Assembly (NCBI GenBank): GCA_019636035.1
Contig: JAHBYI010000001.1
Span: 147,508-179,507 of the forward strand
Source of the DNA: Candidatus Paracaedibacteraceae bacterium
GTDB lineage: Bacteria > Pseudomonadota > Alphaproteobacteria > Paracaedibacterales > Paracaedibacteraceae
Direction of reading: 5' to 3'
Length of the DNA stretch: 32,000 bases
Numbering within the stretch: position 1 is the stretch's first letter; every line of letters begins with the position of its first letter. Under the pieces are notes generated by a model. It saw nothing but the letters and a program-made list of their open reading frames with translations, searched no databases and was not told the DNA's origin. The position numbers were made by a program, and so were the translations under genes. This document shows positions 9,953 through 21,098 of the stretch, piece after piece.

Positions 9953-10612
9953 CTATATTTTAAAACCAGCCTGCGCCAAACTGATTTTTAAATCATTATT
10001 GACTGACACAGGATCCTTTGACGCATCTAGATCAACAACGAGATCTTTTTGCCTATAAAAATCACAAACGGCCTGGGTTTGATCTAAATACGTTCTTACC
10101 CTATTCTTCAAAACTTCCGGCTGATCATCTGCTCGGCGAATAAATTCGGTTCCCTGGCAACGATCACACACTCCGTCTTGAAGCGGTCGTTTATTCCTAT
10201 CATGATAAACAGCACCACAACCCTTACAGCTGAAGCGACCACTTACCCTGTCGACTAGTTGATCTAGATCGACTTGTAAATTAATTACAATACTAACATT
10301 CTCTCTTTGTACACCAAGTAAGGCATCAAATGCAAGTACTTGATTTAATGTACGCGGGAAACCATCAAAAATAATTTGTTTCCCTTTATGTGTATCAAGT
10401 TGACCTTGAACAAGCGTCATAATAAGATCATCGCTTGGAAAGCCACCTTGAGACATAATCTCTTTTACCTTAAGGCCAATCTCGGAACCAGAAGCAACTT
10501 CAGCTCGTAAAAGATCACCCGTGGAAATGTGAACAAAGTTTCCACTCTGCAACAACATTTCAGACTGTGTTCCCTTACCTGATCCAGGAGGGCCAAATAA
10601 CACCAGAATCAT
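9953..10612 (-). CDS. adk: Adenylate kinase (long form with a Cys4 zinc lid)
   Basis: 219 aa. P-loop GPPGSGKGTQ and lid motif CKGC-x16-CDRC. Its start overlaps the secY stop by 1 nt (TAATG). The position after secY is typical of alphaproteobacterial spc operons. Confidence 0.95.
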   Translation of the reverse strand: MILVLFGPPGSGKGTQSEMLLQSGNFVHISTGDLLRAEVASGSEIGLKVKEIMSQGGFPSDDLIMTLVQGQLDTHKGKQIIFDGFPRTLNQVLAFDALLGVQRENVSIVINLQVDLDQLVDRVSGRFSCKGCGAVYHDRNKRPLQDGVCDRCQGTEFIRRADDQPEVLKNRVRTYLDQTQAVCDFYRQKDLVVDLDASKDPVSVNNDLKISLAQAGFKI

Positions 10613-11958
10613 TAGAGACGGCCTTTCATCTTGGCTTTTTTGATCAGTCCTTCATATTGATGCGCAACCAAATGGGATTGCATCTGGCTAATGGTATCAA
10701 TAGTCACACTAACAACAATCAAGATACTTGTCCCACCAAAATAAAAAGGCAGAGAAACCTTAGACAAAATCAGCTCAGGCAACAAACAAACGGATGCCAA
10801 ATAAACAGAACCGATAACCGTTAAGCGTGTCATAACGTAATCAATATAATCAGCTGTCGCTTTACCGGGGCGAATACCAGGGATAAAGGTTCCCATTTTA
10901 CGTAGATTCTCAGCTGTCTCAGTCGGGTTAAAAACAATTGCCGTATAAAAGAACGCAAAGAAAACAATCAAAGCCGTCGAGAAGAACATATACAACGGTT
11001 TACCGTGCGACATGTAAGTCACAAACATCCCAAGCCAACTATCCGGATTAGCTGTCCCTGAGAACCCGGCAATTGTTGCAGGAAAAAGTAACAATGAGTT
11101 CGCAAAAATCGGCGGGATAACACCCGAGCTATTGAGCTTTAAGGGCAAATGCGTTGATTGCGATGTTGCAGGGCGATCAACAGCAACTTGGCGTTTAGGA
11201 TATTGAATCAGGATACGACGCTGCGCCTTTTCCATGAAAACAACATAACCAATAACAACAGCAACCATCGCCATGATAAAGATCAAAAGCCCTGTGCTGA
11301 TCGCACCTTCACGAGCGGAAACAAAAGTCTTATAAAAGGACTGAGGTAAGTTAGCAACGATACCGGAATAAATAATCAACGATGTTCCGTTACCAATACC
11401 ACGGCTTGTAATCTGCTCGCCGAGCCACATAATAAAGAGTGTACCACCTGTCAATGTCACAATGGTGGAAAACTTAAAAAGAAATCCAGGCATAACAACA
11501 GCAGATCCAACACCTACAGTCATTTTTTCCAAACCGACAGCGATACCAAAAGCTTGAACAGAGGCCAATAACACCGTTCCGTAACGGGTATATTGGTTTA
11601 TTTTCTTCCGCCCTGATTCTCCCTCTTTTTTCAAAGCTTCAAGATGAGGAGAAATAGACGTCATCAACTGAACAATAATACTTGCCGAAATATAAGGCAT
11701 AATGTTCAGTGCAAAAATTGTCATACGACTAATAGCACCACCTGAAAACATATCAAGGATGCCAAATAGTCCACCAGAGTTAGAAGCCGCAAACTCTTGA
11801 ATGACGGCTGCGTTAACCCCTGGCAAGGGGATATAGGTACCAAATCGATAGACAATCAAAGCCAATAATGTAAACACTATTCTCTTTTTTAGATCTTCAG
11901 CTTTTGAAAATGTCGAAAAGCTGAAACCGGATGCGAGTTGTTCAACTGCAGATGACAT
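10612..11958 (-). CDS. secY: Preprotein translocase subunit SecY
   Basis: 448 aa, 10-TM profile, conserved blocks GGAISRMTIFALNIMPYISASII and GGTSILIVV. Confidence 0.96.
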   Translation of the reverse strand: MSSAVEQLASGFSFSTFSKAEDLKKRIVFTLLALIVYRFGTYIPLPGVNAAVIQEFAASNSGGLFGILDMFSGGAISRMTIFALNIMPYISASIIVQLMTSISPHLEALKKEGESGRKKINQYTRYGTVLLASVQAFGIAVGLEKMTVGVGSAVVMPGFLFKFSTIVTLTGGTLFIMWLGEQITSRGIGNGTSLIIYSGIVANLPQSFYKTFVSAREGAISTGLLIFIMAMVAVVIGYVVFMEKAQRRILIQYPKRQVAVDRPATSQSTHLPLKLNSSGVIPPIFANSLLLFPATIAGFSGTANPDSWLGMFVTYMSHGKPLYMFFSTALIVFFAFFYTAIVFNPTETAENLRKMGTFIPGIRPGKATADYIDYVMTRLTVIGSVYLASVCLLPELILSKVSLPFYFGGTSILIVVSVTIDTISQMQSHLVAHQYEGLIKKAKMKGRL

Positions 11959-11974
11959 TGGTACCCCTACCCTC

Positions 11975-12436
11975 TTATGCTATAGCAACTTTACCGCCAA
12001 GTTTTTCAACTTGAGCCGTTGCTGTTTTTGTCGCACGAGTAACCTCGAACGATACTTTTTCTTTCAATGATCCAGTAGAAACCAAGGATACGGCATCGTA
12101 CCATTTCTTCATAACACCAGATTGGATCAGAAGATTACGGTCGATTGTATCGCCAGCTTTTACCATACCATTTGCCAATAAGACATTGACCTTATCAAAG
12201 GTAAGTTCAAAATACTTAGAAGCATGAATGTTATTAAAACCACGCTTTGGAAGGCGGCGGTAAATTGGGTTTTGTCCACCTTCAAAACCATTGATAGCCA
12301 CACCGGAACGGGCTGTTTGCCCTTTTCCGCCGCGACCACAGGTTTTACCTAGGCCAGACCCAATACCGCGACCAACGATCTTGCGGCGTGTGCGAGCACC
12401 TTTATTGTCTCGAATATCTGTTAGTCTAATCGTCAT
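11975..12436 (-). CDS. rplO: 50S ribosomal protein L15
   Basis: 153 aa, contains GRGIGSGLGKTCGRGGKGQTARSG. Confidence 0.95.
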   Translation of the reverse strand: MTIRLTDIRDNKGARTRRKIVGRGIGSGLGKTCGRGGKGQTARSGVAINGFEGGQNPIYRRLPKRGFNNIHASKYFELTFDKVNVLLANGMVKAGDTIDRNLLIQSGVMKKWYDAVSLVSTGSLKEKVSFEVTRATKTATAQVEKLGGKVAIA

Positions 12437-12446
12437 TGCTCACACC

Positions 12447-12647
12447 TTACTCTACAACTTTAACCATATGCTGCAACTTTGTGATCAAGCCACGAACAGC
12501 AGGAGTATCCTGAAGTTCACGAACTCGATTCATCTTGCCCAAACCAAGAGACTTTAGATAAAGTCTTTGCTTTGCATCACGACGAATGGGGCTGCCTGTT
12601 TGCATAACTTTAATGGTGGCAACTGTTTCTTTTTTCTTCCCAGCCAT
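12447..12647 (-). CDS. rpmD: 50S ribosomal protein L30
   Basis: 66 aa, contains [25 protein letters not shown]. Positioned between rpsE and rplO. Confidence 0.93.
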   Translation of the reverse strand: MAGKKKETVATIKVMQTGSPIRRDAKQRLYLKSLGLGKMNRVRELQDTPAVRGLITKLQHMVKVVE

Positions 12648-12649
12648 TG

Positions 12650-13195
12650 TTATCTCCTTGTCATGGCACTATCGCGACGAGCAACAATTTCTGGGATCTT
12701 ACGACCCAGCTTGTTTGCAACGTCACGCGGTGATGCAACATTGACTAATGCGTCAAATGTAGCACGAACCATGTTATAATAGTTGGATGTACCAACAGAT
12801 TTACTGACAACGTCTTGAATCCCAAGAGCTTCAAAAACGGCGCGCATTGGACCACCTGCGATGATACCTGTACCAGCCGGAGCTGTTCTTAGGTAAACGC
12901 GACCGGCACCAAAGTGACCTGTCAAATCATGGTGAATTGTACGCCCTTCACGAAGAGCAACACGAACCATTGAACGACGAGCCTGTTCAGACGCTTTACG
13001 AACCGCATCAGGAACTTCACGTGCTTTACCAGAACCAAATCCGACACGACCTTTTCCATCACCAACGACGACAAGTGCTGAGAAACGAAGATTCTTACCA
13101 CCTTTTACAACTTTTGTAACACGGCGGACGCTAACCAACTTTTCAATCAATTCGACTTCTTCGCGCTGTTTTTCTGTATTTGTATTTTTAGCCAT
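12650..13195 (-). CDS. rpsE: 30S ribosomal protein S5
   Basis: 181 aa, contains [42 protein letters not shown]. Confidence 0.96.
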   Translation of the reverse strand: MAKNTNTEKQREEVELIEKLVSVRRVTKVVKGGKNLRFSALVVVGDGKGRVGFGSGKAREVPDAVRKASEQARRSMVRVALREGRTIHHDLTGHFGAGRVYLRTAPAGTGIIAGGPMRAVFEALGIQDVVSKSVGTSNYYNMVRATFDALVNVASPRDVANKLGRKIPEIVARRDSAMTRR

Positions 13196-13204
13196 AACTT
13201 ATTC

Positions 13205-13564
13205 CTAAAAGCTCAAACCAGATTCACGGGCTGCATCAGCAATTGCTTTAATGCGACCATGGAATCGATAACCAGAGCGATCAAAGACGACTTCTTTAAT
13301 CCCCGCTTTACTTGCGCGTTCAGCAATCAGCTTACCAACCAACTTTGCTGCTTCCAAGTTCGATGTGCACTTAAGCTCACCCTTGGTAGAGGCTTCTATA
13401 GTCGATGCTGATGCTAATGTTACTGACGTTACATCATCAATAAGCTGAGCGTACAAATACTTGTTTGTTCTGTGAACCGTCAACCGTGGTTTACAAGAAC
13501 TTACCTTACGCAGTTTTGAACGGATTCGTTCTTTGCGGCGCGTATGTAAATTTACTTTAGCCAT
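13205..13564 (-). CDS. rplR: 50S ribosomal protein L18
   Basis: 119 aa, contains [18 protein letters not shown] and [23 protein letters not shown]. Confidence 0.95.
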   Translation of the reverse strand: MAKVNLHTRRKERIRSKLRKVSSCKPRLTVHRTNKYLYAQLIDDVTSVTLASASTIEASTKGELKCTSNLEAAKLVGKLIAERASKAGIKEVVFDRSGYRFHGRIKAIADAARESGLSF

Positions 13565-13566
13565 TT

Positions 13567-14100
13567 TTACTTCTTCTTTCCTTCTTTTCTAAGAACGAAT
13601 TCACCATTGCGAATAATCCCCTTACCTTTGTACGGTTCAGGTTTACGATATTCACGAATTTCAGCGGCGACTTGACCGACAAGCTGACGATCAAAACCAG
13701 AAATGGTCAAAGCTGTTGGTTTATCCGATTTAGCAGTAATACCTGCAGGCAAATCGTAAACAACATCATGACTAAAACCAAGCTGAAGGTTAATTGTGTT
13801 ACCTTGCACGTTCGCACGATATCCAACACCAACCATATCAAGGTTAATGTTAACGCCGTTTGTTACATCATTAACCATGTTAGCGATGCGACGTTGTACT
13901 GTACCCCAGTTAATTCGAGCAAGCTTAGAGTCATTAACAGGAGTTACTGTAACGACATCACCATCTTGTTGAACAGAGACAACATCTTTATAAACGAGGC
14001 TAAGCTTTCCAAGTTTACCGGAAACCTCAACTAAGTTCTTAGAAATAGCGACCGAAACGCCAGCAGGCAATTTAATGGGTGTTTTTCCTACACGAGACAT
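13567..14100 (-). CDS. rplF: 50S ribosomal protein L6
   Basis: 177 aa, starts [12 protein letters not shown], ends [23 protein letters not shown]. Confidence 0.96.
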   Translation of the reverse strand: MSRVGKTPIKLPAGVSVAISKNLVEVSGKLGKLSLVYKDVVSVQQDGDVVTVTPVNDSKLARINWGTVQRRIANMVNDVTNGVNINLDMVGVGYRANVQGNTINLQLGFSHDVVYDLPAGITAKSDKPTALTISGFDRQLVGQVAAEIREYRKPEPYKGKGIIRNGEFVLRKEGKKK

Positions 14101-14112
14101 ATCAAATACTCC

Positions 14113-14511
14113 TTAATATACTCTGCAAAGAACTTCACCACCAATGCCTTGCTGTTTAGCATCGACATCGGTCATAACGCCTTTTGGTGTGGACAGGATA
14201 TAAATACCCAAACCACTCATATATGAACCAATTGCCTTAGATGGGGAATAAACCCGCAACCCTGGCTTGGACACTCTCTGGATAATCTCGATTACAGGTT
14301 GTCCTTCATGATATTTGAGTTCAATGTGAATGTTCTCAATACCCTTACGAACAGTTTCTGTACGATATCCTCTGATATAACCTTCACGTGCAAGCACGTC
14401 AAGAACAGCTCTTCTAGCTTTTGAATTCGGAGATAAAACAGATGATTTACCTGCGCGTTGACCGTTACGAATACGAGTCAACATATCTCCAATAGGATCA
14501 TTTACAATCAT
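14113..14511 (-). CDS. rpsH: 30S ribosomal protein S8
   Basis: 132 aa, starts MIVNDPIGDMLTRIRNG, ends GIGGEVLCRVY. Confidence 0.96.
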   Translation of the reverse strand: MIVNDPIGDMLTRIRNGQRAGKSSVLSPNSKARRAVLDVLAREGYIRGYRTETVRKGIENIHIELKYHEGQPVIEIIQRVSKPGLRVYSPSKAIGSYMSGLGIYILSTPKGVMTDVDAKQQGIGGEVLCRVY

Positions 14512-14517
14512 TTATTC

Positions 14518-14823
14518 TTACCAACTTGATTTTGTTAAACCTGGAATCATACCCAGAGATCCCAATTCGCGCAAGGCGATACGGGACATTCTAAACTTAC
14601 GATAGAATGCTCTTGGACGACCCGAAACTTCACAACGGTTACGGAAACGAGTCTTTGAACTATTGCGTGGTAACTCAGACAACTTAATCGTCGCCTGAAT
14701 CCGCTCATCCAAAGAAAGTTCCTGATTTGAAACAATGTCTTTCAACTTCTGACGGCGATTAGCAAATTTCTCTGCCATCTTTTTGCGTCGGTTGTTTGTG
14801 TTAATTGAACTTAAACGTGCCAT
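14518..14823 (-). CDS. rpsN: 30S ribosomal protein S14 (long, non-zinc form)
   Basis: 101 aa, contains [41 protein letters not shown]. Confidence 0.95.
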   Translation of the reverse strand: MARLSSINTNNRRKKMAEKFANRRQKLKDIVSNQELSLDERIQATIKLSELPRNSSKTRFRNRCEVSGRPRAFYRKFRMSRIALRELGSLGMIPGLTKSSW

Positions 14824-14834
14824 TTTAACATTCC

Positions 14835-15374
14835 TTAATTATAAAACGGGACATTAAGCTCTTTTAACAGAGCCTTTGCCTCTTTATCAGACTTAGCCGT
14901 TGTACAGACTATTATATCCATCCCACGAACTTTATCAACCTTATCGTAGTTAATTTCAGGAAAAATAATTTGTTCCTTGATACCCAAGGCATAATTGCCA
15001 CGGCCATCAAAGCTTTTACCTGAAACACCACGGAAGTCACGAACGCGTGGAAGTGCGATTGTCACCAAGCGATCAAAGAATTCGTACATCCGATCACGAC
15101 GCAAGGTAACTTTTGCACCAATAGCCATTCCTTCACGAAGTTTGAAACCGGCAATCGATTTCTTTGCGCGTGTAATTACTGGCTTTTGACCGGTAATTGC
15201 AGCCAGTTCATCAACTGCAGCTTGCAACTTCTTGCTATCTTGTGAAGCTTCACCAATACACATATTGACAACAATCTTGTCAAGTTTTGGAACTTGGTGA
15301 ATATTCTTGTATTCAAACTCTTTCATGAGCTTGGATACGATATTTTCTTTATATTCTTTATATAGGCGAGTCAT
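14835..15374 (-). CDS. rplE: 50S ribosomal protein L5
   Basis: 179 aa, contains [33 protein letters not shown] and [20 protein letters not shown]. Confidence 0.96.
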   Translation of the reverse strand: MTRLYKEYKENIVSKLMKEFEYKNIHQVPKLDKIVVNMCIGEASQDSKKLQAAVDELAAITGQKPVITRAKKSIAGFKLREGMAIGAKVTLRRDRMYEFFDRLVTIALPRVRDFRGVSGKSFDGRGNYALGIKEQIIFPEINYDKVDKVRGMDIIVCTTAKSDKEAKALLKELNVPFYN

Positions 15375-15387
15375 ATCTGCCGTAACC

Positions 15388-15708
15388 TCATATTACTTCG
15401 CCGCTTTTTTTAGCGATACGAACTTTTGAACCATCCTTCTGGATCTTAATCCCAACCTTTGTCGGTTGATCAGATTTCGGATCCATCAGCGCTACGTTAG
15501 AAACATGAATCTTGGATTCTTTTTGTTCCAAACCACCAGCTGAAAACTGAGTTGGCTTAACATGCTTTGTAACCATGTTAACGCCTTCTACGATCAGTGC
15601 TGATTCTTCCTTAAGAACCTTAAGAACTGTTCCTGTCTTTCCCTTATCTCGACCTGTGCGGACGATAACTTTATCGCCCTTTTTTACTTTAAATTTAATT
15701 GCAGTCAT
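15388..15708 (-). CDS. rplX: 50S ribosomal protein L24
   Basis: 106 aa, contains [25 protein letters not shown] (KOW motif). Its start overlaps the rplN stop by 1 nt. Confidence 0.95.
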   Translation of the reverse strand: MTAIKFKVKKGDKVIVRTGRDKGKTGTVLKVLKEESALIVEGVNMVTKHVKPTQFSAGGLEQKESKIHVSNVALMDPKSDQPTKVGIKIQKDGSKVRIAKKSGEVI

Positions 15709-16076
15709 TATAGCACCTCTGGCGCCAAGGAAATAATCTTCATATAACCTTGGTTTCTTAATTCACGGGTCACTGGGCCGAAAATACGTGTTCCGATAGG
15801 CTCATTCTGCTTGTTAATAATAACAGCAGCATTGGTATCAAAACTGATTTCACTTCCGTCAGCACGCTTAATAGCTTGCTTTGTGCGGACAATAACAGCC
15901 TTATGAACGTCACCCTTCTTTACTTTTCCTTTTGGCAACGCATCTTTAACGGAGACAACAATAATGTCACCAACAGATGCGTAACGACGCTTGGAACCAC
16001 CAAGAACTTTAATGCACTGAACTTCTTTTGCACCAGAGTTGTCAGCGACATCTAACCTTGTTTCTGTTTGAATCAT
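15708..16076 (-). CDS. rplN: 50S ribosomal protein L14
   Basis: 122 aa, starts [28 protein letters not shown]. Confidence 0.97.
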   Translation of the reverse strand: MIQTETRLDVADNSGAKEVQCIKVLGGSKRRYASVGDIIVVSVKDALPKGKVKKGDVHKAVIVRTKQAIKRADGSEISFDTNAAVIINKQNEPIGTRIFGPVTRELRNQGYMKIISLAPEVL

Positions 16077-16087
16077 GACTTAACTCC

Positions 16088-16333
16088 TTATGCGCTAGCT
16101 TGGTCAGCGTAAAGTACTTGCCATTTCTTTGATTTTGAAAATGGACGTGACTCTTCGATTTTTACCTTATCACCAGTTTTATAAGCATTGTTTTCGTCGT
16201 GCGCTGCATATTTTGCAGAACGGACGATATATTTCTTATAAACCGGGTGCTTAACGCGCTTTTCGACACGAACAACAACAGTTTTGTCATTCACATCGCT
16301 AACTACAACACCTTCAAATATTCTACGTGGCAT
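16088..16333 (-). CDS. rpsQ: 30S ribosomal protein S17
   Basis: 81 aa, contains [40 protein letters not shown]. Confidence 0.95.
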   Translation of the reverse strand: MPRRIFEGVVVSDVNDKTVVVRVEKRVKHPVYKKYIVRSAKYAAHDENNAYKTGDKVKIEESRPFSKSKKWQVLYADQASA

Positions 16334-16341
16334 GTTAACCT

Positions 16342-16533
16342 CTATTTCGCTTTCTTCTGAGCAAGATACATCATGGCACGAGCAGCGTCGCGACGATTCT
16401 TACGAATCAAAGATGTATTCGTCAACTGGCCAACAGATTTTTGGACACGTAGACCTAATAGCTCTTTCTTAATTGACTGAAGTGAGTCATATAACTCACT
16501 TACAGATTTGTTGTTAAAATCTTGCTTTTTCAT
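16342..16533 (-). CDS. rpmC: 50S ribosomal protein L29
   Basis: 63 aa, contains [29 protein letters not shown]. Positioned between rplP and rpsQ. Confidence 0.93.
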   Translation of the reverse strand: MKKQDFNNKSVSELYDSLQSIKKELLGLRVQKSVGQLTNTSLIRKNRRDAARAMMYLAQKKAK

Positions 16534-16541
16534 AACTTACC

Positions 16542-16952
16542 TCAGCCAATTCTTCTTACAAACTTGGTTGCGATTGGAAGTTTTGCTGACGCAAGCTCGA
16601 ATGCTTTTTCAGCAACATCAGGCAACACACCGTCAAGTTCGAACAAAATTTTGCCCGGCTTAACACGGCAGACCCAATATTCAGGACTTCCTTTACCACT
16701 ACCCATACGGACTTCAGCAGGCTTTGTTGAAACAGGCACATCAGGAAATACACGAATCCAAACCTTACCAACACGACGAATGTGACGTGTAATGGCTCGA
16801 CGAGCGGATTCAATCTGACGTGCAGTCATACGGCAGGGTTCCATAGCTTTTAAGCCATAGGCTCCGTATGCTACATCTGTACCTGCCTTGGCGTTACCGT
16901 GGATTCTTCCCTTAAACGCCTTACGATATTTAGTTCTTTTTGGAGACAACAT
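16542..16952 (-). CDS. rplP: 50S ribosomal protein L16
   Basis: 136 aa, starts [19 protein letters not shown], contains [12 protein letters not shown]. Confidence 0.96.
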   Translation of the reverse strand: MLSPKRTKYRKAFKGRIHGNAKAGTDVAYGAYGLKAMEPCRMTARQIESARRAITRHIRRVGKVWIRVFPDVPVSTKPAEVRMGSGKGSPEYWVCRVKPGKILFELDGVLPDVAEKAFELASAKLPIATKFVRRIG

Positions 16953-16974
16953 CTCGTTATTCCTCTATCTTTTC

Positions 16975-17652
16975 TTATCGACCAGCAGGTGCTTCAGAAG
17001 CTTTTGCTTCCAACAAATATGGATTCTTTTCAAGAATCTCACCTTTGTAGACCCAAACTTTAATACCAATGATACCATAGGTTGTTTTTGCTTCACCCAA
17101 TGAATAATCAACATCAGAGCGCAATGTGTGCAACGGCACACGACCTTCACGATACCATTCCATACGTGCAATTTCTGCACCACCAAGGCGGCCAGAACAA
17201 TTAACACGAATACCTTGTGCTCCCAAACGAAGAGCTGATTGCATTGCACGTTTCATAGCACGACGGAAAGAAACGCGGCGTTCAATTTGTTGCGCGATAT
17301 TTTCTGCAATCAATTTTGCATCGATTTCAGGTTTACGAACTTCAACTAAATTAACAGTTACGTCAGTGTTCGCAATGTCGCTAAGCTTTTTACGAAGCTT
17401 ATCGATGTCGGCACCTTTTTTACCAATCAAAACACCTGGACGAGCTGTGTGAATTGTCAAGCGAGCCTTTTTAGCCAAACGCTCAATAACAACCTTAGAA
17501 ATACCGGCTTGACCTAAGTTCTTTTGAACAAAGCGACGGATTTCCAAATCCTGGTGCAAGTTTGTTGCATATTCTTTTTTTGCAAACCAGCGGGAATCCC
17601 ACAGTTTGTTGATGCCGAGGCGAAGACCGATCGGATTAACTTTTTGACCCAT
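16975..17652 (-). CDS. rpsC: 30S ribosomal protein S3
   Basis: 225 aa, starts [24 protein letters not shown], with KH-domain [14 protein letters not shown]. Confidence 0.96.
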   Translation of the reverse strand: MGQKVNPIGLRLGINKLWDSRWFAKKEYATNLHQDLEIRRFVQKNLGQAGISKVVIERLAKKARLTIHTARPGVLIGKKGADIDKLRKKLSDIANTDVTVNLVEVRKPEIDAKLIAENIAQQIERRVSFRRAMKRAMQSALRLGAQGIRVNCSGRLGGAEIARMEWYREGRVPLHTLRSDVDYSLGEAKTTYGIIGIKVWVYKGEILEKNPYLLEAKASEAPAGR

Positions 17653-17654
17653 GG

Positions 17655-18002
17655 TTATACCTCTTTTTCAGTTACTTTAATTGTAAGATGACTAAAAGGC
17701 TTTTTGATCCCGACACCACGGCCTTTTGCTCTTGCACTAAATCTTTTCATGACAATGGACTGCCCAACAAAGGCTTCTGATACAACAAGAGTATCAATAT
17801 CCATACCATGATTTGTTTCCGCGTTTGCGACTGCTGATGCGAGTGTTTTACGCACATCAATAGCAATACGCTTGCGGCTAAAGGCCAAAACATCTAATGC
17901 TTTTGACACCTTCATTCCACGAATCATCGCTGCAACTAAATTAAGCTTCCGAGGGCTTACGCGAACATTACGCAGAATTGCTTTTGCTGTATTATCTTGC
18001 AT
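17655..18002 (-). CDS. rplV: 50S ribosomal protein L22
   Basis: 115 aa, contains [21 protein letters not shown] and [22 protein letters not shown]. Confidence 0.95.
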   Translation of the reverse strand: MQDNTAKAILRNVRVSPRKLNLVAAMIRGMKVSKALDVLAFSRKRIAIDVRKTLASAVANAETNHGMDIDTLVVSEAFVGQSIVMKRFSARAKGRGVGIKKPFSHLTIKVTEKEV

Positions 18003-18004
18003 AA

Positions 18005-18283
18005 TTAACCTCTTTTAGCCTTTTTGTCTGCGCCGTGGCCGTAGAATGTACGAGTTGGTGAAAATTCACCAAACTTGTGACCGACCATATTCTCAGTAAC
18101 ATAGACTGGAACAAATTTCTTACCATTATGCACACCAAAGGTGAGTCCCACAAATTGTGGGAGAATGGTTGAACGGCGAGACCACGTTTTAATAACGTCT
18201 TTACGTCCAGAGTTTTGTACAGCTTCAGCTTTTTTAAGCAGATAACCGTCAAAAAATGGACCCTTCCAAACTGATCTTGGCAC
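18005..18283 (-). CDS. rpsS: 30S ribosomal protein S19
   Basis: 92 aa, starts [18 protein letters not shown], contains [17 protein letters not shown]. Confidence 0.96.
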   Translation of the reverse strand: MPRSVWKGPFFDGYLLKKAEAVQNSGRKDVIKTWSRRSTILPQFVGLTFGVHNGKKFVPVYVTENMVGHKFGEFSPTRTFYGHGADKKAKRG

Positions 18284-18295
18284 GAGTAGTCTCCG

Positions 18296-19111
18296 TTATT
18301 TACTTCTTTTTCTAATAATACTTTTCGTCGTACGTTTATTTGTACGAGTCTTCTTACCTTTTGTCGGTACACCCCAAGGTGTAACTGGGTGACGACCACC
18401 ATTTGTACGACCACCATGCGGGTGATCTACTGGGTTCATGGCAATACCGCGAACACATGGTCTCCATCCCATCCAACGACTGCGTCCAGCTTTACCGTAG
18501 TTACGGTTCTGATGGTCAGCATTAGATACTGCGCCTATTGTAGCATAACAATTTCCATTTACAAGTCTTAGTTCACCTGAGGCTAACTTAACGATTGTAT
18601 TAGATCCGTCACGACCAGCAATTTGCACATACGATCCAGCAGAACGAGCGATCTGACCGCCCTTACCAATCTTAAGTTCAAGATTGTGAATAATTGTTCC
18701 AACCGGAATATTCTTAACAGGCATCGCATTACCTGGCTTAACGTCTGCTGATTGGCTCGCAACAACTTTGTCACCAGCTTTCAGGCGTTGAGGTGCCAGA
18801 ATGTATGCATGTTCACCATCTGTATACTTAACCAAAGCGATAAAGGCTGTACGATTTGGATCGTATTCCAAGCGAAGGACTTCACCTTCGATATCCAACT
18901 TACGACGCTTAAAGTCAACGATACGATAACGTTGTTTATGTCCACCACCGCGATTCCATGATGTGATGCGACCATGATTGTTACGACCACCTGTACGGTG
19001 TTGACCTTCGGTCAAAGCCTTGTACGGCTTGCCTGACCATAGCTCAGAGCGGTCAACGTTAACCAACTGGCGTTGAGAGGGAGTCGTGGGTTTATATGTC
19101 TTTAAAGCCAT
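18296..19111 (-). CDS. rplB: 50S ribosomal protein L2
   Basis: 271 aa, contains [15 protein letters not shown] and [27 protein letters not shown]. Confidence 0.97.
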   Translation of the reverse strand: MALKTYKPTTPSQRQLVNVDRSELWSGKPYKALTEGQHRTGGRNNHGRITSWNRGGGHKQRYRIVDFKRRKLDIEGEVLRLEYDPNRTAFIALVKYTDGEHAYILAPQRLKAGDKVVASQSADVKPGNAMPVKNIPVGTIIHNLELKIGKGGQIARSAGSYVQIAGRDGSNTIVKLASGELRLVNGNCYATIGAVSNADHQNRNYGKAGRSRWMGWRPCVRGIAMNPVDHPHGGRTNGGRHPVTPWGVPTKGKKTRTNKRTTKSIIRKRSK

Positions 19112-19113
19112 TG

Positions 19114-19422
19114 TTATGCTCCTGCTGCAACTTCAATGGTCTGACCTTTTGCCAAACGAACAAATGCTTTTTTAACATCTGAACGATGACCTTCACGACC
19201 ACGAAAACGTTTAGTTTTACCTTTCTGAACAACCGTATTCACAGCTTCAACCTTAACATCATAAGCAAGTTCAATCGCTTGCTTAATTTGTGGCTTTGAT
19301 GCATCACGAGATACAACAAAAGCAACTTGGTTGTGTTCAGACAAACGCGTTGTTTTTTCTGTTACCAATGGGTAACGGATAACATCATACAGGTTGAAAT
19401 TAACCTTAGTATTTTTTGTCAT
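19114..19422 (-). CDS. rplW: 50S ribosomal protein L23
   Basis: 102 aa, contains [16 protein letters not shown] and [18 protein letters not shown]. 4-nt overlap with rplD. Confidence 0.95.
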   Translation of the reverse strand: MTKNTKVNFNLYDVIRYPLVTEKTTRLSEHNQVAFVVSRDASKPQIKQAIELAYDVKVEAVNTVVQKGKTKRFRGREGHRSDVKKAFVRLAKGQTIEVAAGA

Positions 19423-20042
19423 TTAAGCCTCTCTTCAAGAGCTTTTACAGCTTCTTTAGTAACAATCAGCTTTTCCTTACGCATAATATCATATACGTTT
19501 GCACCGTTATGGGGCAGAACATCAAACTTTTCCAAGTTTGCAGCTGCACGAACAACAGGATTTTCGGAATTCGGAATTGAATCAATCAAAAGTGCACTTG
19601 GCGCATTCAATGTTGAAATAACCTTAAGCAAATCTTTTGTTTTACCTGATTCAACTTTAAAGCTATCGACAACAAGTAATTCACCGGCTTGCGCTTTTGC
19701 ACTCAATGCGATCTTCAAGCCCAACTTACGAACTTTTTTCGGCAATGAGTATGCATGTGAACGCACAACCGGACCGAATGCAACGCAACCACCACGGAAC
19801 TGAACTTGGCGTTTACTTCCGTGACGAGCATTACCCGTACCCTTTTGGCGATAAATTTTCTTTGTTGATCCTTTTACATCCCCGACTTCTTTAGTCTTAT
19901 GGTTACCAGAGCGACGCTTAGAAAGCTGCCATTCGATAACACGGGAGAGAATATCAACACGTGGCTGCAATCCAAAAATTTCTGGATTCAGCTCAATATT
20001 TCCGGCTTTTTTCGCCTCAATATTTACGACATCAATTTTCAT
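19419..20042 (-). CDS. rplD: 50S ribosomal protein L4
   Basis: 207 aa, contains [27 protein letters not shown]. Confidence 0.96.
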   Translation of the reverse strand: MKIDVVNIEAKKAGNIELNPEIFGLQPRVDILSRVIEWQLSKRRSGNHKTKEVGDVKGSTKKIYRQKGTGNARHGSKRQVQFRGGCVAFGPVVRSHAYSLPKKVRKLGLKIALSAKAQAGELLVVDSFKVESGKTKDLLKVISTLNAPSALLIDSIPNSENPVVRAAANLEKFDVLPHNGANVYDIMRKEKLIVTKEAVKALEERLK

Positions 20043-20073
20043 TTTTTAAACCTATTCTCTATGTGCTCTACTT

Positions 20074-20715
20074 TTAAGCAGGCTTTTTAATTGCGTCACG
20101 AACGTAAAGGACTCCACCTTGGGAACCAGGTACGCTACCACGGATAAAGATCAGGTTCTTTTCAGCATCAACGCCATACACAGACAAATTCATCTTTGTC
20201 ACGCGACGGGCACCCATGTGTCCAGCCATCTTCTTATTCTTAAAGACTTTACCTGGGTCTTGACGATTACCTGTAGAACCATGGCTACGGTGAGAAACTG
20301 ACACACCGTGAGAGGCGCGCAAACCACCGAAGTTATGGCGCTTCATCGCACCAGCAAACCCCTTACCAACAGAAGTACCGGTAACATCAACGAATTGACC
20401 TTCCCTGAAGTGATCTGCCTTTAATTCAGAACCTTGATCCAAAAGATTTTCTGCGGATACGCGGAACTCTTTCAAATGAACACGTGGCTCAATTTCTTTT
20501 TTAGAAAAGAATTCACGCATTGGTTTTGTTACGTTATTAATTTTAGCTTTTTTAGCACCAACTTGGATGGCATCATATCCATCCTTGGAATCTGCTGTTT
20601 TTTTGCCAACGACAACATTGTCGCTGACCTGGAGAACCGTGACTGGAACTAAAGTACCGTCAGCGGCAAAAAACTGCGTCATACCCACTTTTTCAGCGAT
20701 AAGTCCAGTTCTCAT
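20074..20715 (-). CDS. rplC: 50S ribosomal protein L3
   Basis: 213 aa, starts [14 protein letters not shown], contains [21 protein letters not shown]. Confidence 0.96.
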   Translation of the reverse strand: MRTGLIAEKVGMTQFFAADGTLVPVTVLQVSDNVVVGKKTADSKDGYDAIQVGAKKAKINNVTKPMREFFSKKEIEPRVHLKEFRVSAENLLDQGSELKADHFREGQFVDVTGTSVGKGFAGAMKRHNFGGLRASHGVSVSHRSHGSTGNRQDPGKVFKNKKMAGHMGARRVTKMNLSVYGVDAEKNLIFIRGSVPGSQGGVLYVRDAIKKPA

Positions 20716-20729
20716 TAGTCAAACCTTTA

Positions 20730-21038
20730 TTAGAGTTTAATTTCAACATCAACACCAGCAGCCAAATCGAGCTTCATCAAAGCATCAACTGTCTGTGGCA
20801 ACCAGTCAACAATATCAATCAGACGTTTGTGCGTCCGGATTTCAAATTGCTCACGAGATTTTTTGTCAATATGGGGTGAACGGTTTACTGTAAAACGTTC
20901 AATCTGTGTTGGCAACGGGATTGGGCCACGAACTTTCGCGCCTGTACGTTTTGCTGTACCAACAATTTCCTTAACCGACATGTCTAGAAGTCTATGATCA
21001 TAGGCTTTTAGACGAATTCTTATGCTCTGGCCTTCCAT
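20730..21038 (-). CDS. rpsJ: 30S ribosomal protein S10
   Basis: 102 aa, contains [14 protein letters not shown] and [24 protein letters not shown]. Confidence 0.97.
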   Translation of the reverse strand: MEGQSIRIRLKAYDHRLLDMSVKEIVGTAKRTGAKVRGPIPLPTQIERFTVNRSPHIDKKSREQFEIRTHKRLIDIVDWLPQTVDALMKLDLAAGVDVEIKL

Positions 21039-21066
21039 ATAAATAGCTCACTTTTCTAATATTTGC

Positions 21067-21089
21067 AAGGAGAGAATGAATCTCTCCTT
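21067..21089. other. Perfect 9-bp stem-loop in the 60-nt tuf-rpsJ spacer
   Basis: AAGGAGAGA (21067-21075), loop ATGAA, TCTCTCCTT (21081-21089). A T5 run (21091-21095) follows it only in the plus, antisense orientation. In the transcribed minus orientation no U-tract follows. Confidence 0.6.
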
Positions 21090-21098
21090 ATTTTTCAA

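Noticed and set aside
17992-18417. 141-aa minus-strand ORF overlapping rpsS and rplB. Similar cases are 9488-9991 (+), 13672-14034 (+), 16965-17249 (-) and 19327-19803 (+) inside the ribosomal operon.
   Set aside because: These are alternative-frame or antisense ORFs inside highly conserved ribosomal protein genes. Their Arg/Val/Gln-rich or Asn/Thr/Ile-rich composition is typical of out-of-frame translation. They are not genes.
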